A stretch of DNA of 64,000 nucleotides from a virus (lineage: Duplodnaviria; Caudoviricetes), in IMG/VR virus record IMGVR_UViG_3300032283_000551, positions 13,042 to 77,041 of that record. One strand, written 5' to 3'. Of this stretch, positions 10,178 through 20,114 are shown one piece after another. The translations under genes were made by a program, and so were the position numbers. The notes below the pieces were generated by a model. It saw nothing but the letters and a program-made list of their open reading frames with translations. It had not been told where the DNA came from and ran no database searches. The stretch's first letter is position 1. Each line of letters opens with the position of its first letter.

Positions 10178-13021
10178 ATGACAACAGCAAGATCAATTAT
10201 TCTTTCATCGGTTGCAAATACACTAACCACCGTCTATACAAATACGACTGGTAAGACAGCTGCATTGAAATCTATTAATATCAATGGTATTGGAAATCCT
10301 GAGACATTAACCACTACTACAGGTGGTGATGAATGGTTGTATTTCGGTACAAACATGGCACCATTGATTCCAACTAATTTTGGTGCCAGTGCTAATTATG
10401 GATATAGTGTACCAGTATCCGTTCAGCTATCTGCAGATAGACTGCTTTTAATTTGGCAGCCAGATTTTATGCATAATATTGGTCAGAATGATCTTCCAAC
10501 TACAGCTACTATTCATACGCAAATAGTTGAGTATACTGGAACAAAATATCGCGCAGGACCAATTGTTAATGTAAATCTTGGTAGTTTCATATCGAGTTAT
10601 ATTGATGCTGCAGGTAATACATTACATACCATTCCTGCCAGTGGATTGACTAATGGATCTTCTCCAAGTTTTAAAGCAATTGCATTATCTGCCACAAAAG
10701 TTGCATGCACTATTCGTTTTGGTAGTCTTTTTCAACTTTTCCGTTTGTCTATTGTTGGTAACTCTGTTGAAATAAGCAGTTTGACTAATCTAGATATTAC
10801 CACCTCTATGTTTGGCACTACTGCCCTTCATTATGATATAGCACCAGTAGCGAGTAGTACAAGTCAAATTACTGTTCTTGGTACAGACGGTACCACATGG
10901 AAAATGAGAGCATTTAACGTGCCTGATAGCGGTTCAATAACTGCTTTAGGTACAATGTTTGACACAACAATTGCGCATTCAACATATATGGGTGCTATAT
11001 CTGAGAACAACAAAACAGCCGTTGGTAATTTAACTTACTACACTGTTGCTTGCGCCACTGCAGCAACGACCGGCAGTATTAGACTTGTTTCATATGATAG
11101 CAGTACAAATACATTTACTAATGTTGGTGCAGCTGCAGCAATCACAGCTACTACCAATTGGCGATCAATTAAAGCAGAGTGTTTATCAGCTAATACGACA
11201 TCTAATGCCGTAGTTGTAACAAATGATCCAAGTAATACTTCGACTATCAATGTCTATAGACAAACTAGCACATCAGCTGCTTCAAATACAAATGCTGCCG
11301 GTACAACAAATACTGCAGTTGCTAATAGAACAATTTCATTCTCTTATAGATGGGGTGATTCAAGAGCAGTATTCTTCGGCGACAATAGTCTTTTTATGGT
11401 TGACAGTTCCGGTACATTTACAGATCTGATTTCTTCTACACTTGATAGTTCGGCAACTACAAACTATAGAAATCTTTGGTATAACTTCGAATCAAGACCG
11501 TTATATACGTTCTATGATCCAGGTACAATTCAGGCAGATCGTCCTTCACAATACTATTCCAGAACTGGTATGACATCAGTTACTAATCCTGGTATTAGAA
11601 CAACAACAGGTAATTATTTTCCCTGGGGTCATGAATATGGCAATCATTATGATTGGTCTGAAGTTGCTGGTTGTTGGATGGTCGCACAGTATGGCAAAAT
11701 TTATGCCATTAACACTGATGGCGTAATACTGGATGAAATTTCGTTGAATAATCTGTATCCAGATTTGACAACTAGTACGTATGCTTATGATATAAGAAAT
11801 CTTATAGTGCTTCCTTCCGGAAGACTATTGATGTGTCTTGCTCCGTATACGATGACATACCCAGTTTCAAATTATAGTGCTAGATATGCTGTTCAATGGA
11901 ATACCACTGCAGCAGCCGGATATGCTATTAGTACACAACCAATTCTAAATCCAAAAGACTTGAATAGAGCATCTGTCCAAACAACTCTATCTCTAAGTAC
12001 TTTTGGATGCTCAGCTCACTTAACTAGCAATGTTGATTTCAATGGTGAAGAACGTGCATATCTACTATGGCATAATGGAGCTGCATCACCAGCAACACAG
12101 ATTAGTCAGTATTTTGGTACCGGTTGGCAAACCACAACTGCTACTTCTTTCACTAATGCAGCTGCTGGAGCTTGGAATGTTGGTTATAATTCACCAGTAA
12201 AATTGATTCAAGATACTCCAGCAACAGCATTGTATCCACGTGGTCTTTGGCGTGTAGTTGGTTGTGATATCAGCACTCTTGTTGAAACTAGACGATTACG
12301 CGTAAGTGGACGCTGGGATATTTTATCACAGGCAAGTTCTTTAGCAACTACTGGCGGTGTTACACTGAATGCTGGTGGTTCAACATACAGTCGTTATGGT
12401 ATGGCAGCTAAGAGATACAAAAATATTGCTGTAGTTGCGACTCACAATGCTAATACTACGATAAGCACTCCTACGCATATTTGGTCTTCAATTGAAGGTA
12501 AATTGAATTCGCTTTATGGTTGGTACGCAGGATTATATACAACAGCCGTACCAACAACAAATTCTCAATATACATCACTAGCAGTAACAAGCCGTGGTTA
12601 TGCTGCAGCACATAATAGCACTGCTGGTGTTGTCAATGCGGTTTCAGTTGCTTATGTATTTGACAGCCTACAGACTATTACACCTAGAGTTACTTTTGCT
12701 AATACTTCAAACAGCGGATTCTACACTCTGAAGTCCACCGGTGATATTGTATTCCAAGTATATAATGCAGCTAATGCTACCAATTCGGCAGTAGATGCAG
12801 TATATTCAATTACTGGTAATAACGATATAGCTAAATTTACATTGGCATTGTTTGATGGAAGTAATACCTTCTTTATTGCTAATCAAACATTTTCAACAAG
12901 TAATGCTACCTATGTTCGAACCAATGATACTTACTTGCTCGCTAATAACGGCAGTATTAAGATAGCAACTGATAAAACTAATGCTCTTTCTGCTCTATTA
13001 ACAATTGTTGAAGAGGTATAA
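10178..13021 (+). CDS. Putative tail/receptor-binding structural protein
   Basis: 947 aa, Thr/Ser/Asn-rich and beta-rich; N- and C-terminal motifs (TTVYT...A.LKSINI; GSIK...LSALLTIVEE) bracket a variable insert. Confidence 0.5.
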   Translation: MTTARSIILSSVANTLTTVYTNTTGKTAALKSININGIGNPETLTTTTGGDEWLYFGTNMAPLIPTNFGASANYGYSVPVSVQLSADRLLLIWQPDFMHNIGQNDLPTTATIHTQIVEYTGTKYRAGPIVNVNLGSFISSYIDAAGNTLHTIPASGLTNGSSPSFKAIALSATKVACTIRFGSLFQLFRLSIVGNSVEISSLTNLDITTSMFGTTALHYDIAPVASSTSQITVLGTDGTTWKMRAFNVPDSGSITALGTMFDTTIAHSTYMGAISENNKTAVGNLTYYTVACATAATTGSIRLVSYDSSTNTFTNVGAAAAITATTNWRSIKAECLSANTTSNAVVVTNDPSNTSTINVYRQTSTSAASNTNAAGTTNTAVANRTISFSYRWGDSRAVFFGDNSLFMVDSSGTFTDLISSTLDSSATTNYRNLWYNFESRPLYTFYDPGTIQADRPSQYYSRTGMTSVTNPGIRTTTGNYFPWGHEYGNHYDWSEVAGCWMVAQYGKIYAINTDGVILDEISLNNLYPDLTTSTYAYDIRNLIVLPSGRLLMCLAPYTMTYPVSNYSARYAVQWNTTAAAGYAISTQPILNPKDLNRASVQTTLSLSTFGCSAHLTSNVDFNGEERAYLLWHNGAASPATQISQYFGTGWQTTTATSFTNAAAGAWNVGYNSPVKLIQDTPATALYPRGLWRVVGCDISTLVETRRLRVSGRWDILSQASSLATTGGVTLNAGGSTYSRYGMAAKRYKNIAVVATHNANTTISTPTHIWSSIEGKLNSLYGWYAGLYTTAVPTTNSQYTSLAVTSRGYAAAHNSTAGVVNAVSVAYVFDSLQTITPRVTFANTSNSGFYTLKSTGDIVFQVYNAANATNSAVDAVYSITGNNDIAKFTLALFDGSNTFFIANQTFSTSNATYVRTNDTYLLANNGSIKIATDKTNALSALLTIVEEV

Positions 13022-13022
13022 T

Positions 13023-13700
13023 ATGTTATTTAAAAGTCCATTAGCAACAGATTATACTGGTGTTCCTATTATTCCTTCGACAGCGACACCTAGAGCTGCT
13101 GTCGAATTTATACAAACTATAAACATTGTTGATTTTTCTGTTTTAAGTCCTCTAGTTGCATGGCAACCTACGAGCATTACAATTGATGCTCCTTCATGGG
13201 CTAATTTTGCTAGATACAAAAAAATTCAATTTTCAATAGGTTCTGTAGGTGGTAGTACTAATCCAATAATTACCAACTTACAAACAAGAAGAAACAATAC
13301 CAACTACATTGCATCAAAACAATATACCATAGAATCTATAACTAGTACTAGTGTATTAGTATACACTCAAACAAGCTCCGCTACTGCAGTGCCGCTACAT
13401 GTTGCTGTAGATTTTACTAGTAACTATATAAGACAAACTGATATCTTTATAACACAACTTGGTGGTTATTGTGAAACAATAATGGGGCGCCATAGCAGTA
13501 CTATGCCTACTAATTCTATAATAAGAACTACGTTTTCAATTTTGAACTCAAGTTCAAATTATATACCAGGTTATACTGAAACAGATACTATTGGAATACA
13601 ACTTAATACTGATAGCGGCACCTTTAGACCGCCTGAAACCGGCTCTATTCAAATATCAGATTATAGATTAGAATGTAACATTTACGGATGGTTGAGATAA
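13023..13700 (+). CDS. Hypothetical protein (fibre-associated)
   Basis: ATG 1 nt after upstream stop; no recognisable motif. Confidence 0.6.
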   Translation: MLFKSPLATDYTGVPIIPSTATPRAAVEFIQTINIVDFSVLSPLVAWQPTSITIDAPSWANFARYKKIQFSIGSVGGSTNPIITNLQTRRNNTNYIASKQYTIESITSTSVLVYTQTSSATAVPLHVAVDFTSNYIRQTDIFITQLGGYCETIMGRHSSTMPTNSIIRTTFSILNSSSNYIPGYTETDTIGIQLNTDSGTFRPPETGSIQISDYRLECNIYGWLR

Positions 13701-14047
13701 TGGAAATGACAGAAATGTATATTGTCGATAATGGTTTCTATCGTTTAATGACAGAGCAAGAAAAGCTCGAATATCTAAATGCTCAGGCTGAATCAGCAAT
13801 TGAATTATCACCATCTTCTATCTCAATGAGACAATTCAAATTGCAATTATTGTCAGATGGCGCCTTAGATGATGTTGAATCGTCAATATCAACTAATACA
13901 GCCGATGATGCAAGAAAAATTCAAATTGAATGGGAATATGAAACCGTTGTTGCAAGAGCAAGCGAATTGTTTACCTTTGTTACAACATCTCTTTCCTTCA
14001 ACGAAGAACAAGAAAATCAATTCCTGATTGCAGCAGGAAAACTATAA
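13700..14047 (+). CDS. Tail-fibre-associated small protein (assembly chaperone-like)
   Basis: TAATG overlap; SISMRQFKLQL...QIEWEY motif common downstream of phage fibre genes. Confidence 0.55.
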   Translation: MEMTEMYIVDNGFYRLMTEQEKLEYLNAQAESAIELSPSSISMRQFKLQLLSDGALDDVESSISTNTADDARKIQIEWEYETVVARASELFTFVTTSLSFNEEQENQFLIAAGKL

Positions 14048-14051
14048 CATT

Positions 14052-14585
14052 GTGACACTTCGTGATCTAATTAAACAAAAGCATGATCAAGCAGAAAATC
14101 ATGCTTTTGTTAAGACTCTTTTTGCCGGTAAACTCCCAACAAAAGTTTATGCAGAATTTCTTTATAATCAATTGTTCATATACAGAGCTCTTGAAGCAAC
14201 TGCTACAAATGCCGGAGCTCTAAACGATATTGAAGATATTAAAAGAGTAAAAAATATTGAAAAAGATCTTGAATTCTTCAATTACACAGATTTAAAAATT
14301 CACTCCTCAACATATCAATACATCAGTTACGTAACAGAAATAACTGATGTCAATAAACTAGTATCCCATATATATGTTAGGCATATGGGTGATATGTTTG
14401 GTGGCTCGATGATTAAGAAGGTTACATCCGGTCCTGGCAATATGTATGAATTTGAGAATAGAGTCGAACTCATACAGAAGCTTCGTTCAAAGTTATCACT
14501 AGACATGGCTGACGAAGCTAATATTGTTTTTGATTTTGCTATTAAATTATTTGAGGACTTAGCTAATGAGTATGATATTCAATAG
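14052..14585 (+). CDS. hemO: Heme oxygenase
   Basis: GTG start; proximal His in KHDQAENH; distal helix HIYVRHMGDMFGG. Confidence 0.9.
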   Translation: MTLRDLIKQKHDQAENHAFVKTLFAGKLPTKVYAEFLYNQLFIYRALEATATNAGALNDIEDIKRVKNIEKDLEFFNYTDLKIHSSTYQYISYVTEITDVNKLVSHIYVRHMGDMFGGSMIKKVTSGPGNMYEFENRVELIQKLRSKLSLDMADEANIVFDFAIKLFEDLANEYDIQ

Positions 14586-15225
14586 GCTCGTACGAGCATC
14601 AGACAATTTCCTGGATGTTCTAGCAAGAAAAGGAATTCCAGTTGAAGAAGATCATGACTTTGATTGGCCAAACTATGTTTTTAGATCCGGTTTATTTCGA
14701 CGTGCACATCTTGATGTCGTGGATGCAAGAGATACAAAAAAACTCTACATGATGCATCTGTGCATCTTCCCGCATACGAACGATCCTGGTCCAATATACG
14801 GATTTGATCTGATAGCAGGTCCAAGTAAAGTCACCGGCGCTTTCCATGACTTCTCGCCAGGTTATGACAAAAAACATTACATGCTAGATTGGTTTCATGA
14901 CAGAGTTGATGGCATGGAATGGTCTAAGAAAAGAGAACTACCTCAGTGGGCAAAGAACATTTTCTCGGGTAGTATGGTCGCTGCAGGTAATATCAATACA
15001 ATGGAAGAGCTTGACGAAGTGCTTTCATTAGCCAATCAAACTCTTTCTTATTATCTCAATAACATAGGTAACTTGTCTGATATTGATTCAACAGATGCAC
15101 AAAATTGGTACTGCCATAATCAAAGACAAAATCCACATACTCCAAAAGTGATGGAGTCTCTTGGATTTGATTCTGATATTGTTCAAAAATTTATATCTTC
15201 TTGTTTGTTCCCAACTGTTGAATAA
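14566..15225 (+). CDS. pcyX: Ferredoxin-dependent bilin reductase, PcyX-type (PcyA family)
   Basis: RRAHLD, MMHLCIFP, PIYGFD, AFHDFSP, NQRQNPHT motifs; Asp50 where PcyA has Glu, with His64 and Asp81 at the spacing recalled for PcyX. Confidence 0.8.
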   Translation: MSMIFNRLVRASDNFLDVLARKGIPVEEDHDFDWPNYVFRSGLFRRAHLDVVDARDTKKLYMMHLCIFPHTNDPGPIYGFDLIAGPSKVTGAFHDFSPGYDKKHYMLDWFHDRVDGMEWSKKRELPQWAKNIFSGSMVAAGNINTMEELDEVLSLANQTLSYYLNNIGNLSDIDSTDAQNWYCHNQRQNPHTPKVMESLGFDSDIVQKFISSCLFPTVE

Positions 15226-15226
15226 A

Positions 15227-15234
15227 TATAAATA
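15227..15234 (+). promoter_or_regulatory. T4-type late promoter
   Basis: TATAAATA upstream of fibre gene. Confidence 0.8.
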
Positions 15235-15265
15235 GAAAAAACAATCTCAAGGATAGGGAACTGAG

Positions 15266-17227
15266 ATGGCAAATAATAATTTCGTAGTAAAGAACGGGTT
15301 AACCGTCAACGGAAGCTTCACAGCCAATTCTACTGTAGTAAATGCATCTGCTATTACAGCGACTTCTGTCAATGCAGCGACTCTTAGTATTTCCGGTGTT
15401 TCTGTTGCAACTCTGATAACAAGTAATGCAACCACTGCTTACACCAACGCTATATCTTATGCTGATACTAAATCCAGTGCAGCATATACCAATGCGGTAT
15501 CGTTGGTAGGAGATGCAACAAATATTACAACCGGTACTCTACCAAATGCGAGACTTAGCTCGGCTATCGTCAATACATCAGGATCGTTTACTATAGGTGG
15601 ACTTATTAATTTTTCTAATGGTGTTACGTTTTCAAATACAATCACAGCTAATGGTTCTAATGGTACAGCCGGGCAAGTATTGACTTCTTCCGGTCCATCA
15701 GGGAACGTTTTTTGGTCATCGGCAGCGTCCGGCGTTAATACTGCTGCAACATTTAGTTGGACCAATGCGCATATATTCTCTAATACATTAACGGTAAATA
15801 ATTCGACACTGAGTGTTGGTAATACTACAACAAACACCTCAATTACGCTCGGAACAATTACATTAAGTAATGGTGCTGCTGTTTCAACGGTAAATGCAAC
15901 TGTTTATAGTGGAACTGCTAATAATGCAGCTGCATTGAGTGGTGTATCTTTAACAACCATTCAAGGCCAGATTACAGCCAATGCAGCAACTGCTTACTCG
16001 AATGCAGTAGCAAACGCAGCTGCTATATATAAAACTGCATCCGACTTAGCTACTAGCTCTGGTACCGCTTATTCTAATGCAATTGCGTATTCTGCTGTTG
16101 CAACAAATTTAAGCAGTGGTACCGTTCCAACTGCGCGGCTTGCCTCTGGCACCGCCAACAATACTACTTTTCTCCGTGGCGATCAAACGTGGGCAACAAC
16201 TGGTAGCGTAACTTCCGTAGCCACTGGAACTGGTCTCACCGGCGGACCTGTAACTGGTTCCGGCACAATATCATTAGCCACTGCCGGCGCTGGTGCTGCC
16301 ACTTATTCTAGTGGTGTATCAGCAATTACAGTTGATGCCTACGGTCGAGTAACTTCCGTTTCTGGTTCTGCCGGTTACGTGACTTCTTCCGGTGTGACTT
16401 CTGTTGCGACTGGAACCGGTCTTACCGGTGGAACTATCACCAGTACTGGTACGGTGTCATTAGCTACTGCCGGTGCTGGTGCTGCCACCTATTCTAGTGG
16501 TATTTCTTCGATTACTGTTGATGCTTATGGTCGAGTAACTTCTGTTACCGGTTCTGCTAGTTATACGCCTCTCAATAGTAGTGTGACTTTTAATGCTATA
16601 ACGGGTACGGGTCAAATTAAAGGTCTTTCATTAGTAACCACAGGTGGTGCTGTTTATTTGGCCAACGATTTACAAACGTATATGGCTTGGGACGGCACTA
16701 ACATTGTATTTAATAAAAAGACATTATGCACCAGTGATGTAGGCACCAATGGAAAATTTTTTGGATCGGGCGGCGGGGCTGCTGTACTTGCTGCCGGTTC
16801 TACTAACGTTCTCTACTTTTCATGGAATGGTTCAGATCTTGTATATGATATTAACAGCGGCGCCGTCTCGCGCGCTATATATTACTTTGGTGCGTCTGAT
16901 CAAAGACTAAAAACAAATATTTCCAATACAGATGTTAATTCATTATCAATTATTAATTCTATAGGTTTAAAGAAATTTGATTGGACGGATGAAGGATTAA
17001 AATATAATCTTTTACAAGAAAAAGATAAATCTGTAAAAATTGGTGTTATTGCACAAGAGCTCTCTCAGGTAATTCCCGAAGCCGTAATAAAAATTAAAAA
17101 TAAAGAAGAAGTTGAAACGCAGCTACTTAAAGGCGAAGCTATAATACCATATCTGATTGGTGCTATTCAAGAACAACAAAAACAAATTGCTGATTTACAA
17201 ACTCAAATCAATTTGTTAAAGAAATAA
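15266..17227 (+). CDS. Tail fibre with C-terminal intramolecular chaperone (peptidase S74)
   Basis: SDQRLKTNI...GVIAQEL...coiled coil at C-terminus; T4-like ANNNFVVKNGL N-terminus. Confidence 0.85.
   Translation: MANNNFVVKNGLTVNGSFTANSTVVNASAITATSVNAATLSISGVSVATLITSNATTAYTNAISYADTKSSAAYTNAVSLVGDATNITTGTLPNARLSSAIVNTSGSFTIGGLINFSNGVTFSNTITANGSNGTAGQVLTSSGPSGNVFWSSAASGVNTAATFSWTNAHIFSNTLTVNNSTLSVGNTTTNTSITLGTITLSNGAAVSTVNATVYSGTANNAAALSGVSLTTIQGQITANAATAYSNAVANAAAIYKTASDLATSSGTAYSNAIAYSAVATNLSSGTVPTARLASGTANNTTFLRGDQTWATTGSVTSVATGTGLTGGPVTGSGTISLATAGAGAATYSSGVSAITVDAYGRVTSVSGSAGYVTSSGVTSVATGTGLTGGTITSTGTVSLATAGAGAATYSSGISSITVDAYGRVTSVTGSASYTPLNSSVTFNAITGTGQIKGLSLVTTGGAVYLANDLQTYMAWDGTNIVFNKKTLCTSDVGTNGKFFGSGGGAAVLAAGSTNVLYFSWNGSDLVYDINSGAVSRAIYYFGASDQRLKTNISNTDVNSLSIINSIGLKKFDWTDEGLKYNLLQEKDKSVKIGVIAQELSQVIPEAVIKIKNKEEVETQLLKGEAIIPYLIGAIQEQQKQIADLQTQINLLKK
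16208..16565 (+). repeat. 62-aa (186-nt period) duplication in the fibre
   Basis: VTSVATGTGLTGG...SLATAGAGAATYSSG...ITVDAYGRVTSV twice, starting 16208 and 16394. Confidence 0.9.
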
Positions 17228-17242
17228 TATAGGACAACTCTT

Positions 17243-17983
17243 ATGGCAACACCTACAACAAAAGATCAGTTTAAAGAGTATTGCCTAAGAGCTCTTGGTA
17301 AACCTGTAATCGAAATCAATGTCGATGACGATCAAGTTGATGATCGTATTGATGATGCCTTAAAATATTACTGGGACTACCATTTTGATGGTTCTGAAAA
17401 AACTTATTACAAGTATCAGATTACAGATGCCGATAAAGCAAACAAATATATTACCATGCCGGAAAATATCATCGGTGCTGTTAATTTGTTCCCAATCGGT
17501 CAAGGCCTGAATACAAATAATTTATTCAATATTCGTTATCAGATTGCCTTGAATGATCTTTATACACTGACATCTGTATCCATGGTCCCATATTATATGG
17601 CTTTGACACATATTCAGTTTCTTGAACAAATGTTAGTTGGTCAACAACCAATTCGTTATAATAGAAACGTAAATCGTCTTCATATTGATATGGACTGGCA
17701 GATTATTAATACAGGTGATTTTATTGTCGTAGAGGCTTATCAAATTGTTGATCCTGCAACATATGTGGATGTGTGGAAAGATCGTTGGCTTATTCGTTAT
17801 GCCACATGTTTGATTAAACAACAATGGGGCGCAAATCTAACCAAGTTTGTTGGTATGACATTACCAGGTGGTATTAAGTTCAATGGTGAAAAGCTCTATA
17901 ATGATGCCACTTCTGAACGTGCTGAACTTGAAAAAGAAATGATTTATTCATATTCACTTCCTGTAACTGATATGATTGGTTGA
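17243..17983 (+). CDS. gp13: Neck protein gp13
   Basis: YCLRALGKPVIEINVDDDQVDDRIDDAL...WGANLTKF...LPGG. Confidence 0.95.
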   Translation: MATPTTKDQFKEYCLRALGKPVIEINVDDDQVDDRIDDALKYYWDYHFDGSEKTYYKYQITDADKANKYITMPENIIGAVNLFPIGQGLNTNNLFNIRYQIALNDLYTLTSVSMVPYYMALTHIQFLEQMLVGQQPIRYNRNVNRLHIDMDWQIINTGDFIVVEAYQIVDPATYVDVWKDRWLIRYATCLIKQQWGANLTKFVGMTLPGGIKFNGEKLYNDATSERAELEKEMIYSYSLPVTDMIG

Positions 17984-17997
17984 GAATATACCTTTTA

Positions 17998-18005
17998 TAT
18001 AAATA
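17998..18005 (+). promoter_or_regulatory. T4-type late promoter
   Basis: TATAAATA upstream of the endonuclease. Confidence 0.75.
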
Positions 18006-18032
18006 CATCCATGACAAACAAAGGAGAAAGTC

Positions 18033-18764
18033 ATGGAAAAATATGGATTTGTATATATCTGGTTTGATCGCAAACACAAACGCTATTATATCGGAGCTCA
18101 TTGGGGTAGAGAAGATGATGGCTATATTTGCTCTTCACCGTGGATGAAAAAAGCATATAAAAGAAGGCCTAATGATTTTAAAAGACGTATATTGGAACGA
18201 ATTTATACTAATAGAAAACAAACGTTTATTGCTGAAGAAAAATATCTTGATTTAATACGACAAGAAGAATTTGGTAAAAAATATTATAATCTACGAAATA
18301 TAAAAGGTCATTGGTCAACTGATGATGAAAAAATAAAATCTATTGCAGAAAAAATTTCAGCTACAGCAAAAAAGAATGCTCAGGATCCAATTTATAGAGC
18401 AAAATATCTTGAAGGATTAAAAACACGTGATACTAAAGCATCTAATCCAGATGTTTGTGAAAAAAGACGTAAATCAATGATAGGTAAAAATGCCGGAAAG
18501 ATTACAGCTAAAGATGAAAGCGATAATATTTTTCACACTACAAAAGATGATCCAAGATGGATTTCCGGTGAAATATGGGCAGCATCAAAAGGTGTTAAAC
18601 GTTCAGCCTTATCAGAAGATCATAAGATTAAAATAAAAGAAGCAGGTATTTTTAAAACAATAAATAGCAAAAGGATTTCTTGCATACATTGTGGTACTGA
18701 AGGAAACGCAGGTCAGATAGGAAGATATCACAATGATCGTTGTAAGAAAATTCAAATAGTTTAA
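18033..18764 (+). mobile_element. Free-standing GIY-YIG (Seg-like) homing endonuclease
   Basis: GFVYIW...RYYIGAH...GYICSS...FKRRILE...E...YYNL; C-terminal Cys/His zinc motif (CIHC...HNDRC); inserted between gp13 and gp14. Confidence 0.85.
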
Positions 18765-18780
18765 TAGAGGTTATACTAAA

Positions 18781-19356
18781 ATGCTTACATATAAAACATT
18801 CTGTGAAGCTTGGATTAATGGTATTGGTTCTAAAGGTATTAATGCTACCAAAGATAAAGCAGTTACATCTTCTACCAAATATGATTCACCTACAGATTAT
18901 GAACGAAATGCCAAAAAAGTTGGTGAGGTTGGTGGTTTAGAACTTCATTCATCCGAAACTGCTGGTGGTGGAATTAAACATTTTACCTGGCATCCAAAAG
19001 ATAAAAAAATTCACCATGTAGTTTATGCGGCTCAATCAACACCAATTCAAGGTGGCCATAGACTACAATTTCTAAGTGCTCATAGAAGATCATCATCTGA
19101 TGTTAATATGGGACATGTTTATAAGAAAATTTTACAGAACGGCAATCAAATGGTTGGCACAAGTCACTCACCTGGTGCTAAGAAAATGTGGGATCGTATG
19201 AGAAATGATCCTGATATTCATGTACATGGTGAACACCCGGATGGCACAAAACAAGAATTAAAACATGATGATGAAACACATGCAGCATATGGTGATAAAT
19301 CTAAAGAAGGTATACGAATTGGTAAAATGAAACTTGTAGCCGGCGCTAGAAAATAG
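18781..19356 (+). CDS. Putative internal head protein, His-rich
   Basis: N-terminus MLTYKTFCE resembles the T4 capsid-targeting sequence; 14 His in 191 aa. Confidence 0.55.
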   Translation: MLTYKTFCEAWINGIGSKGINATKDKAVTSSTKYDSPTDYERNAKKVGEVGGLELHSSETAGGGIKHFTWHPKDKKIHHVVYAAQSTPIQGGHRLQFLSAHRRSSSDVNMGHVYKKILQNGNQMVGTSHSPGAKKMWDRMRNDPDIHVHGEHPDGTKQELKHDDETHAAYGDKSKEGIRIGKMKLVAGARK

Positions 19357-19370
19357 GAGATGTAATTTAA

Positions 19371-20114
19371 GTGGCTACAAATTTCTATTTCCGCAACTAC
19401 GATTCATCTAATGAACAGAATCTCTATGAAGATCTAATCATAGAGTCAATTCGTATGTACGGGGAGGATATGTATTATATACCTCGTGTTATCACCAACT
19501 ACGATGGTCTTCTTGGCGAGGATGCATCCTCACAGTATAATCACGCAATTTTAGTAGAACTTTATATTAAATCCATCGATGGTTTTACTGGTGATGGTAA
19601 TTTTATGTCTAAGTTTGGTTTACAAATTAGAGACCAAGTTGTATTCAGTATAGCACAAAGAACTTTTAATCAAGAAGTTGCTATTGTAACAGATCAAATA
19701 AGACCTAATGAAGGTGATCTAATCTATTTCCCACTTAACCGCAAATGCTTTCAAATCAAGTTTGTTAATAAGTTTGAAATGTTCTATCAGTTTGGCGCAT
19801 TACAAACTTGGGAATTGACATGTGAATTGTTTGAATATAGCAATGAACAATTCAATACAGGAATTCCTGAAATTGATAATCTACAAACAAATTATTCTGT
19901 CAATATTCTTGATTATGCCATTATGGATGAGGAAGGTGTAAATCTAACCGATGAGGACAATAATTATCTAGTTGTTGAACAATATAACCCAGACGTTATT
20001 AATCCAGCATCACAGAATGATTTAATTCAAAATGGCTCAAATAATTTTCCTCTAGGATCAAATGATTTTATTGACTTTAGTGAAATAGATCCTTTTAGTG
20101 AAGGCACTCTGTAA
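19371..20114 (+). CDS. gp14: Neck/head-completion protein gp14
   Basis: EQNLYEDLIIESIRMYGEDMYYIPR...SKFGLQIRD...RPNEGDLIYFP. Confidence 0.95.
   Translation: MATNFYFRNYDSSNEQNLYEDLIIESIRMYGEDMYYIPRVITNYDGLLGEDASSQYNHAILVELYIKSIDGFTGDGNFMSKFGLQIRDQVVFSIAQRTFNQEVAIVTDQIRPNEGDLIYFPLNRKCFQIKFVNKFEMFYQFGALQTWELTCELFEYSNEQFNTGIPEIDNLQTNYSVNILDYAIMDEEGVNLTDEDNNYLVVEQYNPDVINPASQNDLIQNGSNNFPLGSNDFIDFSEIDPFSEGTL

Noticed and set aside
1-17227. CRISPR array among the repeats
   Set aside because: All repeats are in-frame coding duplications without unique spacers; no cas genes
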